Below, piece by piece: positions 23,284 through 34,979 of a DNA stretch of 64,000 nt. The translations under genes were made by a program, and so were the position numbers. The notes under the pieces were generated by a model. The model saw only the letters and a program-made list of their open reading frames with translations, made no database searches and was not told the origin of the DNA. Each line of letters starts with the position of its first letter. The first letter of the stretch is position 1. Origin of the DNA: Lama glama (Eukaryota); contig CM052817.1 in NCBI GenBank assembly GCA_028534125.1, forward strand, positions 74,154,001 to 74,218,000. Reading direction: 5' to 3'.

Positions 23284-24699
23284 AGAAATGATTAATTATG
23301 TAGTACTTTGTAAGTGATGCTCCATAATAATTTATTCAGTTGTTTATTTACATTAAATATCTTCCAAAGTTTAATTCCTCACCAAGATATATTATTTGAT
23401 TCTCTAATACCTCTCAGAAGGAAATAAAATAGTTAGTACTTTCTCTGCTTTACAAAGAGAATAGCCAGAAGTTAATGAGCACATGGGATGTGCTTCAATA
23501 GTTCATAGATCAGTGTCAGAAGCAGAATAAAGGGGGAGTCCACAAAGTCTACATAGTTTTCCAGTAAATACTATGTCTTTAATTTTCTACTGCACCTTAT
23601 AATAATATATGAGTGATGGTGTTTATGTGTTTTGGGATAGTGGCTGAGAAGGGGTAGAAAGGCTGTAATCATTAAGAGATATGATAAGATATCAAGAAGG
23701 TGAATTCGTTGTACAAGGAATCCTGGGACACTAATACAGACTAGATTTCAAGGCCACAGAGCCCTTCCTTTGGTTTTCTAGCTACTGAGATTCACTGAAC
23801 CTTATTAGTAAAGGCTCACCCTAAAAAGGTGATAACTGATCTTCTGCAAATATAAATGTTTCTTCAAACTTTCAAAAAATTGTCTTAGTCTTTCCAAAGT
23901 TTACACAAAGTGTAAATTCAGGTCTTTAGAGAATGGGATAACCCAGTAACAAAATTTTTCATACCACCAACTGCAAAGTTGTCTCAAATACTGATGTCGA
24001 AAATAAAGGGTAAGTAGGTATTTTCTCACTTAGGACATCAAATGCATCAGGTCAAAGCTCTTGATAGTTTCTCTTTTCTTTTCCTAGTCGAACTGTTTTC
24101 AGATTCATATAGTTGAATTAAATGAGTGTTTTGCCATCTTCCTGGTTGTTCCTTACTGTTTTTAGCTATTTGGCTTTCACCATTAGCTTTCAATTCCTCA
24201 GTAATAATGATTATCAAAGATCAAGCACAAAAATAATGGAAATGCAGAATAATTTTTAAAACAATTTGGCTATGACTTTAATTTCACTACCTTAAAGGTG
24301 TTTTCCCTTTAGTAAATATGCTGACATACAGTTCAAACTGTTTGGTCTACCACAAATATGTTTATACTTCAAGGGAAAATAAGCCATTTTATTAAAATTA
24401 AAGATAAATATTATGATCAAAAACAAGCTAATTAACAGACGCACCTCAGGAAATTGCCTGCACTTCCAAATTTGTTGAGCCAAAAGATGCACAGCACTTT
24501 TCACAGACCACGTGGACCACACGGAAGAGAGAGCCCCCTGGAGCTATTGAAATCCTTACCCAAGAAGATGGAGCCAAGGGCATTAGAGAGAGTGATAAAA
24601 ACTAGATTCTGAGGAACTGGTGGAGCACTATGAGCCCTGACTCTGCTCACGTGACTACAATCCATTTCACACACAGCAGACACAGTAAATCAGACTGTG

Positions 24700-25680
24700 A
24701 CACAATCTTTTTGCTTCCTGACTTCCCACTGCACTCAGAGTGAAACCCAAATGCTCTAACTTGGTTTACAAAGCCCTACATAGCCTCATTTACTTCCCCT
24801 TCTGACTCATCTCAGGTCATCTGACTCGCCTTCACCCAGGGCAGGTCACAGGCAGATCCCTGTACTCCTCCCCTAACGCGGGAAGCTCCCTCTGCCTGCA
24901 ACCCTTTCTCCCTGAGCTCTTCCACAATGGTTTGTTCCTGTCATTTAGACACCAGGTTAAATGTGACCTCCACATACATCTCGTGCCAGATAAGCCACTC
25001 TAAAGTAGTGACAAAGACTCTCTCCTTGACCAGACTCTAGACAGGCTCCTCTAAGCCCTCTTTTCAACCCAGGTCTTGTCCTCTGGGGCCCTGCCCTCAA
25101 CTTGCCTAAGCCAGTCTTGGCAAAGAACTCCAGTAAGCCATCCTCCCACCCTTGATATTTATGCACCCTTGATAACTAATCAAGTTCTTCATGGCCCATC
25201 CTTGATATCTAAGTCCTTGTCTGCCTTTAATAAGAATCTCGTTATTCTAAGCCGGTTTTGCAAGTATCCCCCTACTTTTGTTGTCTCCTCTTGATAATTT
25301 TCCATTCACTGACCCCCTCAATTCTGTTCCCTGGCCATAAATCTCCAAATGTCCTTGCTGTATCAGAATTAAGCTCAGCTCTTTCCCTTACTGCAGTAAT
25401 ATTGAATAAAATCTATCTATTGCCTTTGTCTGATTCTGCCACTCTTTGACAGTAGCCACCCAATGCCCTGCTATTAAACTACCCTATTTTAAGTCTCTGC
25501 ACAGAACCAGTCCCTATGACAGTATTTGATGGTTTATTTGTTTATGGCCTATCTCCTTACACTGGGGTGCAAGGCTTTGGAAAAGCGGGACACTGTCTCT
25601 CTCGATCACTGCTTCATCAGCAGTGTGAACCTACAATATGGCAGGACAATGGCTAAACACTTAACAAATGTTGAGTTTAA
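24700..25680 (+). mobile_element. L2 3' region (split by ERV1 LTR)
   Basis: CTTCCCACTGCACTCAGAGTGAAACCCAAA...GGTTAAATGTGACCTC...TTTATTTGTTTATGGCCTATCTCC...CTTAACAAATGTTGA. Confidence 0.72.
25009..25451 (+). mobile_element. ERV1 solo LTR (MER31/MER67-like) inserted into L2
   Basis: TG...CA termini (TGACAAAGA...TCTTTGACA), AATAAA near the 3' end, and a perfect 4-bp TSD GTAG at 25005-25008 and 25452-25455. Confidence 0.88.
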
Positions 25681-26594
25681 CAATTAAAAATCGTATTTTC
25701 ATGGTTTATCTAAAGGGGTGTGAAAATGCACACAAGAGAATGCTGAAAATTAGCATATACATAAGACTTATTGTAAAAAAAGCAGAAATGAATAAAACTA
25801 GTATTAAAAGTTGCTCCCTCTGGTTTCTTCTTCACACATGATTTGTGCTTTCCAAATTCTCCACTAAATGTGTGTATTATTTTGAAAATCAGAAAAACAC
25901 ACAAAAATAGCACTGAAAGAAAATGGTTGAGTAAATAACAACTTTTCTTTGGTTTAATATGTTTCTTTGGGAGAAACCTTTCACTTGCCACAAATTCTCA
26001 GATTATTGATTCTGTGCCAAGAGAAAGACACCTAAAAAAATAAAAATGTAACAAGCAAATTTTCACAGGAGAAAAAATTGTCAGAAGTAGTATTTCCTTC
26101 TTTGAAGTTTTAAAATCTGATAGGTTTTAAGAAAACCAAGCAAATAGCAGAATGGAGGAAGGCAAAGAAGAGGGTAAGAGTCTCACATTCTCAGGTATCA
26201 GATTATCTGTTTCAGAGAAATCAGGACCAACTGCTGTTTTCCCTTTGTAATCTGACCAGTAGTGAGTAAGTGCAAGTGATCCGTGCGAAAGTGTTCACCG
26301 GGCACAGTAATCTCAGCAGGAAGAGCCACGCTTGGCTCACAGCCCCGTCCGTCCCAGCTCTCCAGTCCACCCTCAGATGTCCACTGTGGCATCTGCCTTT
26401 AAAACACACCTTTGTGTGCCACTGCTTACAATTTTATGACAATTACTGTTGCTGCTGTTTAATCATTTTTCTTTACAGGAGTAAATATGACATTGTCACA
26501 TTACATGACATGGAGATCCACTGATCAGGGTAAAACAAAAAATAACTCATCCTCATTTCTCCAATTAAAAAAAAAAGAGCTTTAGTGGAATCCA

Positions 26595-26960
26595 CTGGGC
26601 AACTCCTGCCTCAGGGCCTTTACACAGGCAGTTTGTCCCTCTGCCTGTAAAATTCCCTGCCTCCTCCGGCCGAGAGCCTAATGACCGGCTTCCTCTTGTC
26701 TTTTAGGTTTTCACTCAAATTTCATTCTCAATAAAGTCATCCTGACCAATTATTTAAAACATAATCCTCCAATACACTCAATTTCCTTTCCCTGCTTTCT
26801 TTCTCTCCTGGTAATTATCACAATCTAACATTCTCTACTTCATTTACTGTCTATCTACCCCAACAATGCCAGCTCCATGGGGGCAGGAATATTGCTCTCT
26901 GTGTTCCCATTGTATTCCCAGAATATTCATTTGTTGAATGAATGAATAATATGAGTGAAT
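26595..26960 (+). mobile_element. L2 3' end
   Basis: CTCCTGCCTCAGGGCCTTTACAC...AGCTCCATGGGGGCAGG...ATTTGTTGAATGAATGAAT tail. Confidence 0.8.
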
Positions 26961-27573
26961 CTGCCACTGTCACGATTTTTGAGATTGTATCTTGGAAGTT
27001 TAATCTAGCTGTGATTTATACTCTGAAGTACAGGATCATGAGAAATCTCTTCTGTTAGAAAGGGTCCGAGAGTTCAAAGACCTGAAATTTCCACAGTTGC
27101 TTTTGTGCTCCTGAAACATCCTGAGAGAGAGAAGAAAATCTCAAGCAAGGTGACCAAGGAGTTATGACCTCGGCAGATATGCACCCCTAAAAGTATTCTC
27201 TGTTGTGTCAGAATGTGTTGATGGTGCTATGTCATAAAACCTTAGAATTTTTCCCAGTGTACAACTTCCCCTTTTTTTTGGTAAAGTTATTTTGCATAGG
27301 GTGTCAAAATGAAAATCATTCTTGATTTAGTTGGGGCGTCTTTGGGTTGACTTTGGCCCGCTAGAGGAAATGGAGGCAACTAGTTTCATTATCTACAAAA
27401 ACTGAGTTTCATAGAAGGATCCTGATTAAAAACAAAACAAGCAAAAAACCCACTCTCCTTCATAAGAAGAACAAGTTCAGTAAACAAAGATTTCATTTTA
27501 TCTTAAACCTAAGCAAGCAAAGTACTCTTTGAACTATACAGTGGGTCACAGTGTATAATTTCTCTTTAGCCAA

Positions 27574-27954
27574 CATTATGGACTGAACTATGTCCCTCCA
27601 AAATTCATGTTGAAATCCCAACTCCCAGTGCCCTCAGAATAGGACTATATTGGAGGTAGGGTTTTTATAAGAGTAATTAAGTTAAAATGAGGTCATTAGG
27701 GTAGACCCTAATCCAATATTATTAGTGTCCTTATATAAGAAGAAATTACAACAGAGACAGCATATAAAGGGAAGACCAAGTGAAAACACAAGAAGACAGC
27801 CATCTACAAGCCAAGGAGAGAGGCCTCAGAAGAAATCAACTCTTCCCATACCTTGCTCTCAGACTTCTGTTTTCTCACAATTGTGGAAACATTTCTCTAT
27901 TTAAGCTACCCAATCTATGGTACTTTGCTACAGTAGCCCTAGCAAAAGAATACA
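27574..27954 (+). mobile_element. MLT1B-like MaLR solo LTR
   Basis: TTATGGACTGAACTATGTCCCTCCAAAATTCAT...GCCATCTACAAGCCAAGGAGAGAGGCCTCAGAAG...AATACA. Perfect 5-bp TSD GCCAA at 27569-27573 and 27955-27959. Confidence 0.92.
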
Positions 27955-28855
27955 GCCAACCAAGAAATGCCACAGACTTTTATCAGGATAAAATACTAGT
28001 AGAGGCAGATCTGCATTTCAGAGTTGTTTTGTTCTCTCCACAAACCAGAAGGTTCCCTTTAGACAGCTGCTAGTTTGTTAATGCTTTAGAGTAACATGGT
28101 AGTGCTTACTTATTCACTTCAGAACCTAAAAAGTGCCTACAAAATGCAGGACACTACACTTCAAGGCAGGAATAGAAACTGAATGGCTCTATACATAAAA
28201 ATAAAGAACTATAAACCTTAGTCAATGATTTTGCTAATTCTACTGCACTAGCACTCCTTTTCTTCCTTTTACATCAGAAAACTTTGATTGCCAATAAAAC
28301 TGACAGACCTGGGACAGTAACATTTTTCCAAAATAATCAAAATTATTGTCACAAAATATGGCATTTTCTTTTCCTCTGATTCTTTCTTCTATTTCTCTTA
28401 TATTTATCAATGTTTTAAAATTTTGAACATTATCATGCTATTTTATAATTCATGAGGGAAAATATTCCAAAATATTTTTACTGGCTTCTGGAAGAGAATC
28501 AATAATTATGAAGTAAACACTTTATAGGATAGATGAAAAGTAGCAGCTGACTAACATAATGGCAGAAGTTCTGTCTCTCCATATTTCAATAGCAGCAGCT
28601 GACAATCCTTAAAGACACATAAAAGCACTATTCAACCAATGATGCCTTATATCTTTAAACCATTCTTATGAAAGATCTGCTATTTTTTGAAAAACTTTTG
28701 AAAAACTCTGAAGAACCTAATGTAACAAAGAACAAAGTCAGGAACCTATTTGAAAATATTCTAGATTATTAAATTAACAGTTTTAATTGTGACAAAAAAA
28801 TACAGAACATAAAAATTTAATTAATATTTAAAATATACTGAAAACATTTTCTTAC

Positions 28856-28915
28856 CAATATTGGGGTGCTTCAAAAGACGGCAGATTCTAGCTTCCCTTT
28901 CCAGTTTCTGGTGAT
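28856..28915 (-). CDS. CAMK2D: Internal 60-nt coding exon (phase 1/1) of Ca2+/calmodulin-dependent protein kinase II, most likely delta (exon 3)
   Basis: Minus strand reads AACAG|ATCACCAGAAACTGGAAAGGGAAGCTAGAATCTGCCGTCTTTTGAAGCACCCCAATATTG|GTAAG = (D)HQKLEREARICRLLKHPNI(V), the CaMKII alphaC-helix region. The peptide is shared with CAMK2A and CAMK2G. Delta is assigned from recalled nucleotide similarity and from the very large AT-rich flanking introns (no other CaMKII exon seen in 28 kb and 35 kb on either side). Confidence 0.92.
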
Positions 28916-29689
28916 CTGTTTTTTTAAAAAAAAAAACACACAAAAATGAATCACAACGTTTAGCCAAAATAAAAAGATTAAAAGGCAATAAACAGCATAT
29001 CAAAATGACATAGCTTTTACATTTACTTATCTTTTGATTTGTTTTTAAAAAGTAAACATTTGAATTTGGAATTAGGTGAACACAACATAGTTTGACAGTC
29101 TAATTATTTTTTTATTGACTTGATGCTTGATAGAGTGAGGTACAGAATAGAGTTGAATTTAGATGTGGGCTGGGGACAAGCGAAAATGGCACCAAAGAAT
29201 AGTATTCTTTCTTATCTTCACCCTATGTATATCATGTTATAACAACTTAAAGAAGCCAGTATAGACACACATTTAAGCAAAGGATATATATCTGGCAATT
29301 GGAACACCAATGGAACAAGTGCTAAACAGGGTTAATTACAGTTTATCCTTAACAATGATGTGTTCCCTGTCCCATCATATTTTCTATCAACCCCTCTTCA
29401 TACAATTGTTGGTCCAGCTTCTTGGGCGTGTGACGCTTTTCCTTATACCAAAGACTCCCCAAAACCCTAAACTGCTTGCTCATCTCCACCCTTTTCTGTT
29501 TCCCTAACCATTTCTTTGAAGGGGAGTAGACCACTGTAACTATCTGATACTCTTCTCTGGTTTCTTTATGGTAGTTCCTGTACACATAATTGTAGCCAAA
29601 AGCACTACCCAAAACACAAAATAAATGGCAGAAAGAGGCACAAACACAGGAGAAACACATGTTGCCAACAAGAACAGTACTATGGAGTG

Positions 29690-29845
29690 GTCCTTAGTTG
29701 TAAGCGTTTATATACAGAACTTGATTTAGACCCTATAATAGCCCTCTAATATAGGCAATATTATTATCTCTATTTTACAAATACAAAAATTAAGGCAGAC
29801 AGAGGTTAAGTGGCTTGCCCTAGATTACAAAATTAGTAAGTGACA
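29690..29845 (-). mobile_element. MIR SINE fragment
   Basis: TATTATCTCTATTTTACAAAT...AGGCAGACAGAGGTTAAGTGGCTTGCCC. Confidence 0.72.
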
Positions 29846-29937
29846 TCTACCAAATCTGCTCACATTAAATATTGTCATAAAACAGTCTTTAGAGAATGAG
29901 GGGGACACCTACCTAACCATCCCATACACAGTTTATG

Positions 29938-32285
29938 CTAATGGTTCTCAAACTCTGTGGTCTCAGAACCCCTCAATACTCTTGAGGATTATCAGGGACC
30001 TCAAAAAACCTTTATCTGGATTAGATCTCTTAATGTTTAGTCTATTAGAAATAAAACTGAGAAAAAAATGTAAATTTATATTAATTCACTATAAAAACAA
30101 TGAACCCATTACATTAACATAAGTCACTGCATTTAATTTTTAAACTCTCATTTGAAAATAATTGAAACTTACAGAAAATTTAAAGAGTACAAAAAACACC
30201 TGTGTACTCTTTATTCAGATACATTATTAATATTTTACTCCTTTTGTATCATTTATGCTCTCTCCCTCCCTGTAATTCATGTAATTGTAAACATATATTT
30301 ATCTAATTGATACACAGGTATATATAAACATATAAATGTATATTTATACCTAAAATAACTTTTTTGAACCATTCGAAGGGAAGTTATAAACATTAAGGTC
30401 CTTTACCCTGAACATTTCAGTGTATATTACTAAGAATTGTGATATTCTCTTACAATCACAGTAGTTATCAACTTTATCAAATTTAACATTGATACAATAC
30501 TTTAATCTATCGCACTTACTCAAATTTTGTCAATTTAACACAATGATGTCCTTTGTAGGATTTTTCTCCTTTTAATATAGGCTCCAGTCTTGGGTCAGAT
30601 ATGGCATTTAGTTGTCACTTCTCCTTTGCTCTTTTAATCTGGAATATTTCCATCATTTTCCTTTGTCTTTTAGGACCTGACATTTTTGAAGAATATCATC
30701 GTGTCTATTTCCTAAAGAGAATATTTCTCATTTTGGTTTTGTCAAGTGTTTCCTCATGATGTGACTGAGGCTATGCATTCTCAGCTAGCACATTATCCTT
30801 CTCAGGCTGTCACATCTAGAGGTACACATTGTCCAACTGCCCCTCAAAAGTGGTATCTTGGATCACCAGGTCGCAGTGCTGTGAAATTTCCCTGCTAAAT
30901 AATTATTGTTTTAAAATTTTTTCCTCTGTAACTAGTAAGTACATGGGAAGATATTTGAAAACCAAGAAAACATCCTGTTCCTCATCAAAATTTCCCTCTA
31001 GGTTTGGCATTCAGTGATGATTCTTGCCTGAACCAATCTTTATTATGATGGCAGCCAAATGCTGATTTTCCAACACCAGCATAGTAACATATTTTTCGTG
31101 AAAAATACTATATTCCTCTCCCCCTTCCAAAAAAAAGTGAGAAGAGTGACACTGTTACATTTTTGCAATCTCTTTGAAGTCTGGCTTAATAGAGGACAGC
31201 TGAATTCTTATGTCTGCTTCTATATTCAATATGCTGCAAGATGTTGTTTGGGTGAAGTGTATGAAGACAATCTGACTCACAAGGACACAGAGTTGGACAA
31301 GAAGGAAGTATTATAATAGATAATTGTGCATGTTATTCTTTAATATTATACCAAAACTCAACAAATGGTAGTTTCTTAAAGGTTAGTTGCCATGTGAAAT
31401 CTGAAACCTTATTAATAAACTTTATGAATCATATCAATGAAGTTACGAACTTCAAATTTATTTTCAACACTATATTTTCTAATATAATAAAATTTTTACT
31501 CTGCCACATTAAAATCCACTGCTCCTCCTTGCACGTGGAGTCTTCTACTGAGGCATAATTTTATAACATGACACAGCGGTCATTTGGAAAATATCAGTTC
31601 AATACATTATACAGTTCTTGCAAATGTTGCCACGTTTCATTATACACTATCAGAAAAGTAACAGTTGTTAATATCACCACTAATCTCAGCAGAACATTCT
31701 TTAAATTCGGGGATCAGTCTAGGTTTCGTGGGCAGATACAAGTTTTCCAAAATTCCAATTTTGTTTGAAAGCCAGAATTGTGTTATTGGCAATAAATGCT
31801 GTCAGTTGTTCTTGAAATGACAGGATCACTTTGTTCATTTTTGAGAAAATGCCTGTCAAAAACCTAAATCTGAATAATCACAGCTAGTTGTTCAGTTATT
31901 TCAAGTAAAAATGGTGTTTCATGAAGTAGCTAGTTCATCTTCAAACACAAACAAACCTCAAATGTGCAGGTACAAGTGTTCTTTGAGCTAATAATTGTAC
32001 TCTGATGTGGAGTAGAGGTGCTCTTTGCATTCTTCCTGTTGAGTCATGCAGAATGTTGTGTGATCAAAGGTTTAATAACAGTAACAATTTTAATTGGTTC
32101 ATCAAGGACAATCTGAAGTGAAATGAGCTCTTGCAATGAGGGGGTCTATGAGTGCATGTTGCTGAAAAATACAGAGTCCAATAGTACAGTCTGATACCAC
32201 TGCTCTGATTCAGGCAAAGGTCTCAGCAATTTTATCCACTATTGCTTTTGCATCACATGTACAAGTGTCAACACATATAAAAAGA
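29938..32285. mobile_element. Charlie1-like hAT DNA transposon remnant, split by an L1 at ~30133-31080
   Basis: Terminus TGGTTCTCAAACTCTGTGGTCTCAGAACCCC. The element resumes after the L1 with TAACATATTTTT...GTGAGAAGAGTGACACTGTTACATTTTTGCAATCTC. No intact transposase. Confidence 0.78.
30133..31080 (-). mobile_element. Old L1MC/MD-like 3'UTR inserted into Charlie1
   Basis: TTTTAAACTCTCATTTGAAAATAATTGAAACTTACAGAAAA... is typical of the reverse complement of an old L1M 3' end. It interrupts the hAT element. Confidence 0.75.
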
Positions 32286-32289
32286 AATA

Positions 32290-32352
32290 TCTGTCATTCA
32301 AGTCACCCAGTCTATGAAACTTTGTTATGGCCTCCCTGCAAACTAATAGACC
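32290..32352 (+). mobile_element. 3' terminal fragment of an MLT1/MST LTR
   Basis: AAGTCACCCAGTCTATGAAACTTTGTTATGGCCTCCCTGCAAACTAATA resembles a MaLR LTR 3' end. Confidence 0.65.
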
Positions 32353-32355
32353 TAA

Positions 32356-32900
32356 GTACTAGTTTTCTATCGCAATATAATGAATTGCCACAAACTTAGA
32401 AGCTTAAAACAGTACACAATTTTAACCTTGCATTGTCTGCGGGTGAGGAACCTAAGCATACTTTAACTGAGCTCTTGGCTTTAAGGCCTCTCACAAGGCT
32501 GCAGTGAAGGTATTAGCCAGGTTTGGGGTCTCATCTAAAGTCCTGACCGGGAGGGATCTGCTTCTGAGCCTGTCGAGTTGGTGACAGTACTTAATTTCTC
32601 AAGAGTTGGTGATATGAGGGCCTTAGCCCCTAGCTGGCCATGGGCTAGAAGCTGCCCTCAACTTGCTTGCCACATGCCAGCAACAACTTGCTTCATCAAA
32701 GACACCAAAAGCAAGAGTCTGCTAGCAAAAGGGAAGTCACTACCTTGTCTAGCCTAATCACAGAAGTGACACCCCACCACACTTCTCATATCTGATTGTT
32801 AGAAGCAGGTCACTAAGCTGGTCCACTTTAAGGGGAAGTAATTATATAAGGAAAGGGGAAGCAAGGGTCATCGGGGCCACCTTAGAGGTTTTGTGCCACA
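32356..32900 (-). mobile_element. MLT1F/G-like MaLR solo LTR
   Basis: CCACAAACTTAGAAGCTTAAAACA...TCTCACAAGGCTGCAGTGAAGG...GGGGCCACCTTAGAGG...CCACA. Length ~545 bp. Confidence 0.8.
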
Positions 32901-34955
32901 TCTGACTATAAGCACTGATGTTTTCACGAGCTTCTCTCTGATAAGCAGCTTCACTTACTTTCTCTTACACACAATTACATAACTTAGAGATCTCTTATGA
33001 ATCATAAGGCATCTGCACTCTTCCACTGGGGCATGTTTTGACATCCCAAACAAGATGATAGAACTAAAGTTTGCATTAAAATCAGAATTTAGCAATAATG
33101 GAAATACATATTGCCTGTATGTTTCACATTCAACATCAAGTTCATGACTTTAGAGGAAGTAGGTAGGTGAGGAGGAGTGCCTATTATTACCAAAAGCCAA
33201 CTTCTGTATTTATCCTGCTAAAGAGATGGAGTTAGTTTTACATTTAAAATTCCCTTCATTTTTAACTGACTGGGCAACAAAAATCATACACCCTACCCTC
33301 ACCATTCCCAGCGATCACAGCTACAATGGTAAGAGGCCAAGACAGACCACAAAAGGCAAGAAAGACATCCATAATACTGTTTATCACCATCTGAAGATTT
33401 CCTTTTATTATCCCCACACCCTGCAGCTAGTGTAGAACCAGTTTCATTTATCATTTCATATTTATTAAAGTACTCAACCTATAATAGTTTGACTTTATTC
33501 GTCTCCTGTGAAGCTCAAGTCCACAATGTTATATGAATAAAAGTATAACCCTGCAGGCTGCAATCTTGTCAAGTCTGATAAGGTACATGCTGTTAGTGAT
33601 ATATGGTTGAAGACCTACCGTATAAAAATGCCTTAAGGAAAATATACTATCATTCAGTTTTGACACAGAATCAGTAGGGAATAGTACTTCCCAGGACAGA
33701 GAATTCTGGATTTTAAAACAGTTTCTGAGAATTTTGAGAAAATGTATTTATTTCTTCCTAGCTTTAAGGTATTTTTGGTTATTTCTAACTTAATAAGGTA
33801 TTTTATTGCAGATGAGGTGGAAAACACAAATTTGGACCTAATGAAATAAATCCTTCACTCCTGTTCCCAATCTAATTTTAATCTTTATGCAAAATAACTC
33901 TGATCACAAATATAATTAAAATGCTAGCCTTGAATCACTTTCATAGAGCAATAGAAGTATCATTAAAGCTACATAAAGCAACAACTTATTTATCTGGCAG
34001 CATCAAGGAATGAGCTTTTATCAGTAAGTTAATTTCAAAAGTAACTCCCCCTCGCACTGTCAATGACAAAGCTTTAAAAGGTAGGGGGAATCTAATAGTC
34101 GTTGCTTTCGTGCATAGATGATGTAATTTAATCTTTTTGAAGCCACAGGTTCATCATTATTAGCTTTAGTTATTACTCTGCTATGTTTCAGGGAAGGCCT
34201 CAGAGGCTGCTGAGGTGTGAAAGCCCACAGGTCGCTGCCCTGTGATCCAGTCTGCCTCCTATCTCTCCATGAGGAATCACCTTGTCAGCATAGGTGATGC
34301 CAAGGGATGGTTTGGGCAGGGTGGGGAGTTTGGCTTTCTGTCTGAATTGGTCACCTACCACCTCTCCGCAACAGTGTGGGCACACACACACAAACACACA
34401 CCCACACAGACAAACGTAAACATACAGCCTAAGGAGACATGGCTTTGCTACACCAAGACAGCTTAATTCTTCTAGCTCCCCCTCCCTTAAAACAGATCCC
34501 CAGCCCTAAAATCATCCTATACAGAAATTATGGAGGAGTCGGCCATGCGGCCCATGAAAATGCAAAGTTTAAAATCCAGCCCCACCATTAATTTTTGTTC
34601 TGCTGGCCTCCTGCTTCCCAGCTTAAGCCGCTGCCTTCCTGCTCCTGTCTCCTGGGTTCTCCCTTGGCCCTAGGCTCCAGTGTGAGATCAATGCCTCAGA
34701 GCCACCTTTTTTAAGCTGCTTCTCTGGCTTCTGCACTGCAACCAGCCCCACTTGATTCTCAACTTTTTTCACATTTGTTGGGCTTCTAAGAAACTACATT
34801 TTCAAGCAAGAAGCTCCCCTGTTCCCCATCTAAAACCAAAGCTGGCTGGTTATTCATTCTCAGAAGAGGGAAGAGTAAACAAAATAGACCTAAACTACCG
34901 CACATTTGTTGTCTGTTGCTGCGGTTGTTTATTATACCTTTTCTAGTCTTCATAC

Positions 34956-34979
34956 TTTTTTTTTTTTTTTTTTTTTTTT
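34956..34979. repeat. T24 homopolymer
   Basis: Direct read. Confidence 0.97.

Noticed and set aside
1..28855. Additional CaMKII exons (e.g. the following VRLHDSISEE exon)
   Set aside because: Not found by eye or in the ORF track, so presumably outside the window. A short exon could be missed without tblastn.
28821..29003. 60-aa track ORF as a standalone gene
   Set aside because: Only 28856-28915 is coding. The rest is intronic read-through beyond the AG/GT sites.
31059..32285. Possible domesticated hAT transposase
   Set aside because: Only short broken ORFs are present, and the element is interrupted and truncated.
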